From NCBI RefSeq assembly GCF_964204645.1, contig NW_027437462.1:1-64000 (forward strand): 64,000 bases of DNA. The letters run 5' to 3'. A program made the translations under genes and the position numbers. Positions 62,080 to 64,000 of the stretch are shown in pieces. Source of the DNA: Tubulanus polymorphus. Taxonomy: Eukaryota > Animalia > Nemertea. The notes under the pieces were generated by a model. It was not told the origin of the DNA. It searched no databases and worked only from the letters and a program-made list of their open reading frames with translations. The stretch's first letter is position 1, and every line of letters starts with the position of its first letter.

Positions 62080-62636
62080 ACGAACACCAGATGGCGCTGT
62101 TTGAATGATTGTTTTTGTAGTCAGGTCTTTAAAACCTAGTTTTGCTAATCCTGCGTTCAAATTAAATAAAGCTTTTTCTACAGTTGATATTTTTAAGTCT
62201 TTGTTTCATTTATTTCTGTGGAAGGAATTTGAGGAATTTTAATCATTGAGGAAATTTAACAACATGAATTAAAGACGAATCCCTCGACCTCCTTAAATAA
62301 TCGCTCTATTTTGTCAAATTGTCAATGTATTGAATTTAGTCCGTTGGCGCAGTCCGATCCGGAACGAACATACTGCGGTAGCCGTATCACTATTAGATCC
62401 TAGCGCTAGTTTATGTAGTGCATATACAAAGATGAATTACATTTTAAAAACACTTATGATTCACTAATGAGATGTGATTTACCTCGTAAAATACAAACCT
62501 CAATAAATTTGTAGAATTTTAAGATTCTTTATGGAGCTGAAATATTTTGAATCGACGATGAGAGAATTGAAAGTAGTTCTAGGCGCTGGATGATGACATT
62601 GACAGTTCTGTCAAAATATTTTACTAGATTGAAATA

Positions 62637-63374
62637 ATGTTTAGCAGAAAACGTGAAGCTAAACCGGATCGGACCAGTAGTAGTAATGAGTTGATGTCTC
62701 AATTCGGTTTGTTGGATCCAATCGGTGAGTTTTAAATGTCATCGTCAATCTAAGCGCAGTTGGGCGTACATTGCACTAATTAGCGACAATAACCGTTGTT
62801 GTGTAAATGTATGATGGTGTTTTTAGGAGGTCCTGGTGATGCAGGGGTGAATGATGCAGATTTAGAGGCTGAACTCGCTCTACTGATGGGTGAATCACCA
62901 GTAGCGCCACCTAGCAGTAAACGGGCGCCTAAACGTCTCAACGCGGATCAAACTGGTGTCGATATATCTCAAATAAATCGATTGGCTCTCGATAGTTTGA
63001 ACAACATCGAAGATGATGATAATGATATATCAGATACTGAAGATAATCCTGATTTATTAGCTGAATTAGCAGGTACTATGATATTAAACATCAAGTCACT
63101 GTCTAATTAATGCTGTCTAATCACTGTCCAATATCGCTGTCATCAATTAATTACAGAATTATCAGCAGAGTCACCTGTAGTTAGCGCTGCAGTAAGTCCT
63201 GATCATCAGCATATTTACACACAACCACCTACACCACCAGGTGGTGCTACTATACAACCACCTGCACCACCAGGTGGCACTTCTACGGCTGATCCGAAAT
63301 CATTGGTGAAAGAACGTATGGATAATTATACGGAGGCTTTGAGGAACGCGCAATCAGCAAATGAGTCGTCTAAA
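62637..63374 (+). CDS. CC2D1: CC2D1 / lethal giant discs, 5' exons (continues beyond the window)
   Basis: Exons 62637-62724 (MFSRKRE..SQFGL), 62827-63072 (DADLEAELALL..DNPDLLAELA), 63157-63374 (start of DM14: VKERMDNYTEALRNAQSANESSK). Confidence 0.8.
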
Positions 63375-63393
63375 GTATGTAGTAGTCCACATC

Positions 63394-64000
63394 CAGATCC
63401 CCTTGTATCCCTCTCTGACTCCCTCCCACTATCAGATCCCCTCGTATCCTCTCTGACTCCCTCCCACTATCAGATCCCCTCGTATCCCTCTCTGACTCCC
63501 TCCCACTATCAGATCCCCTCATATCCTCTCTGACTCCCTCCCACTATCAGATCCCCTCATATCCCTCTCTGACTCCCTCCCACTATCAGATCCCCTCATA
63601 TCCCTCTCTGACTCCCTCCCACTATCAGATCCCCTCATATCCCTCTCTGACTCCCTCCCACTATCAGATCCCCTCATATCCTCTCTGACTCCCTCCCACT
63701 ATCAGATCCCCTCATATCCTCTCTGACTCCCTCCCACTATCAGATCCCCTCATATCCCTCTCTGACTCCCTCCCACTATCAGATCCCCTCATATCCTCTC
63801 TGACTCCCTCCCACTATCAGATCCCCTCATATCCCTCTCTGACTCCCTCCCACTATCAGATCCCCTCATATCCCTCTCTGACTCCCTCCCACTATCAGAT
63901 CCCCTCATATCCCTCTCTGACTCCCTCCCACTATCAGATCCCCTCATATCCTCTCTGACTCCCTCCCACTATCAGATCCCCTCATATCCCTCTCTGACTC
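63394..64000. repeat. Intronic 38-39-bp C-rich minisatellite
   Basis: ccctcccactatcagatcccctcatatccctctctgact repeated to the window end. Confidence 0.95.

Overview
Eukaryotic, AT-rich, intron-containing DNA from a bilaterian invertebrate (probably lophotrochozoan; the species cannot be determined from this window). 1-24 kb is repeat-dominated: a 102-bp satellite, a Helentron-type (HINE) insertion, and about 3.5 near-identical 3731-bp tandem units, each carrying frameshifted RNF19 exons, with a MITE between units. 24-64 kb is gene-dense: a secreted Cys-rich/mucin-stalk protein, a multipass membrane protein, LRRC71, CTDSPL2, an N-acylated coiled-coil protein, Rab11, an orphan RCC1L 3' fragment, LYRM7, SBDS and the 5' part of CC2D1/lgd. 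Many long introns are filled by private minisatellites. Main discoveries: (1) a single Rab11 gene with three alternative first coding exons and three duplicated alternative last exons (up to 9 isoforms with different N-termini and prenylated hypervariable tails); (2) the LYRM7 stop codon lies 2 nt before the SBDS ATG on one exon, suggesting a bicistronic mRNA; (3) a very high density of CTCF-like motifs in small introns, UTRs and coding exons, with an apparent orientation bias. All exon models were derived by eye from GT-AG boundaries and reading-frame continuity. Protein identities come from recalled sequence similarity, not database searches.
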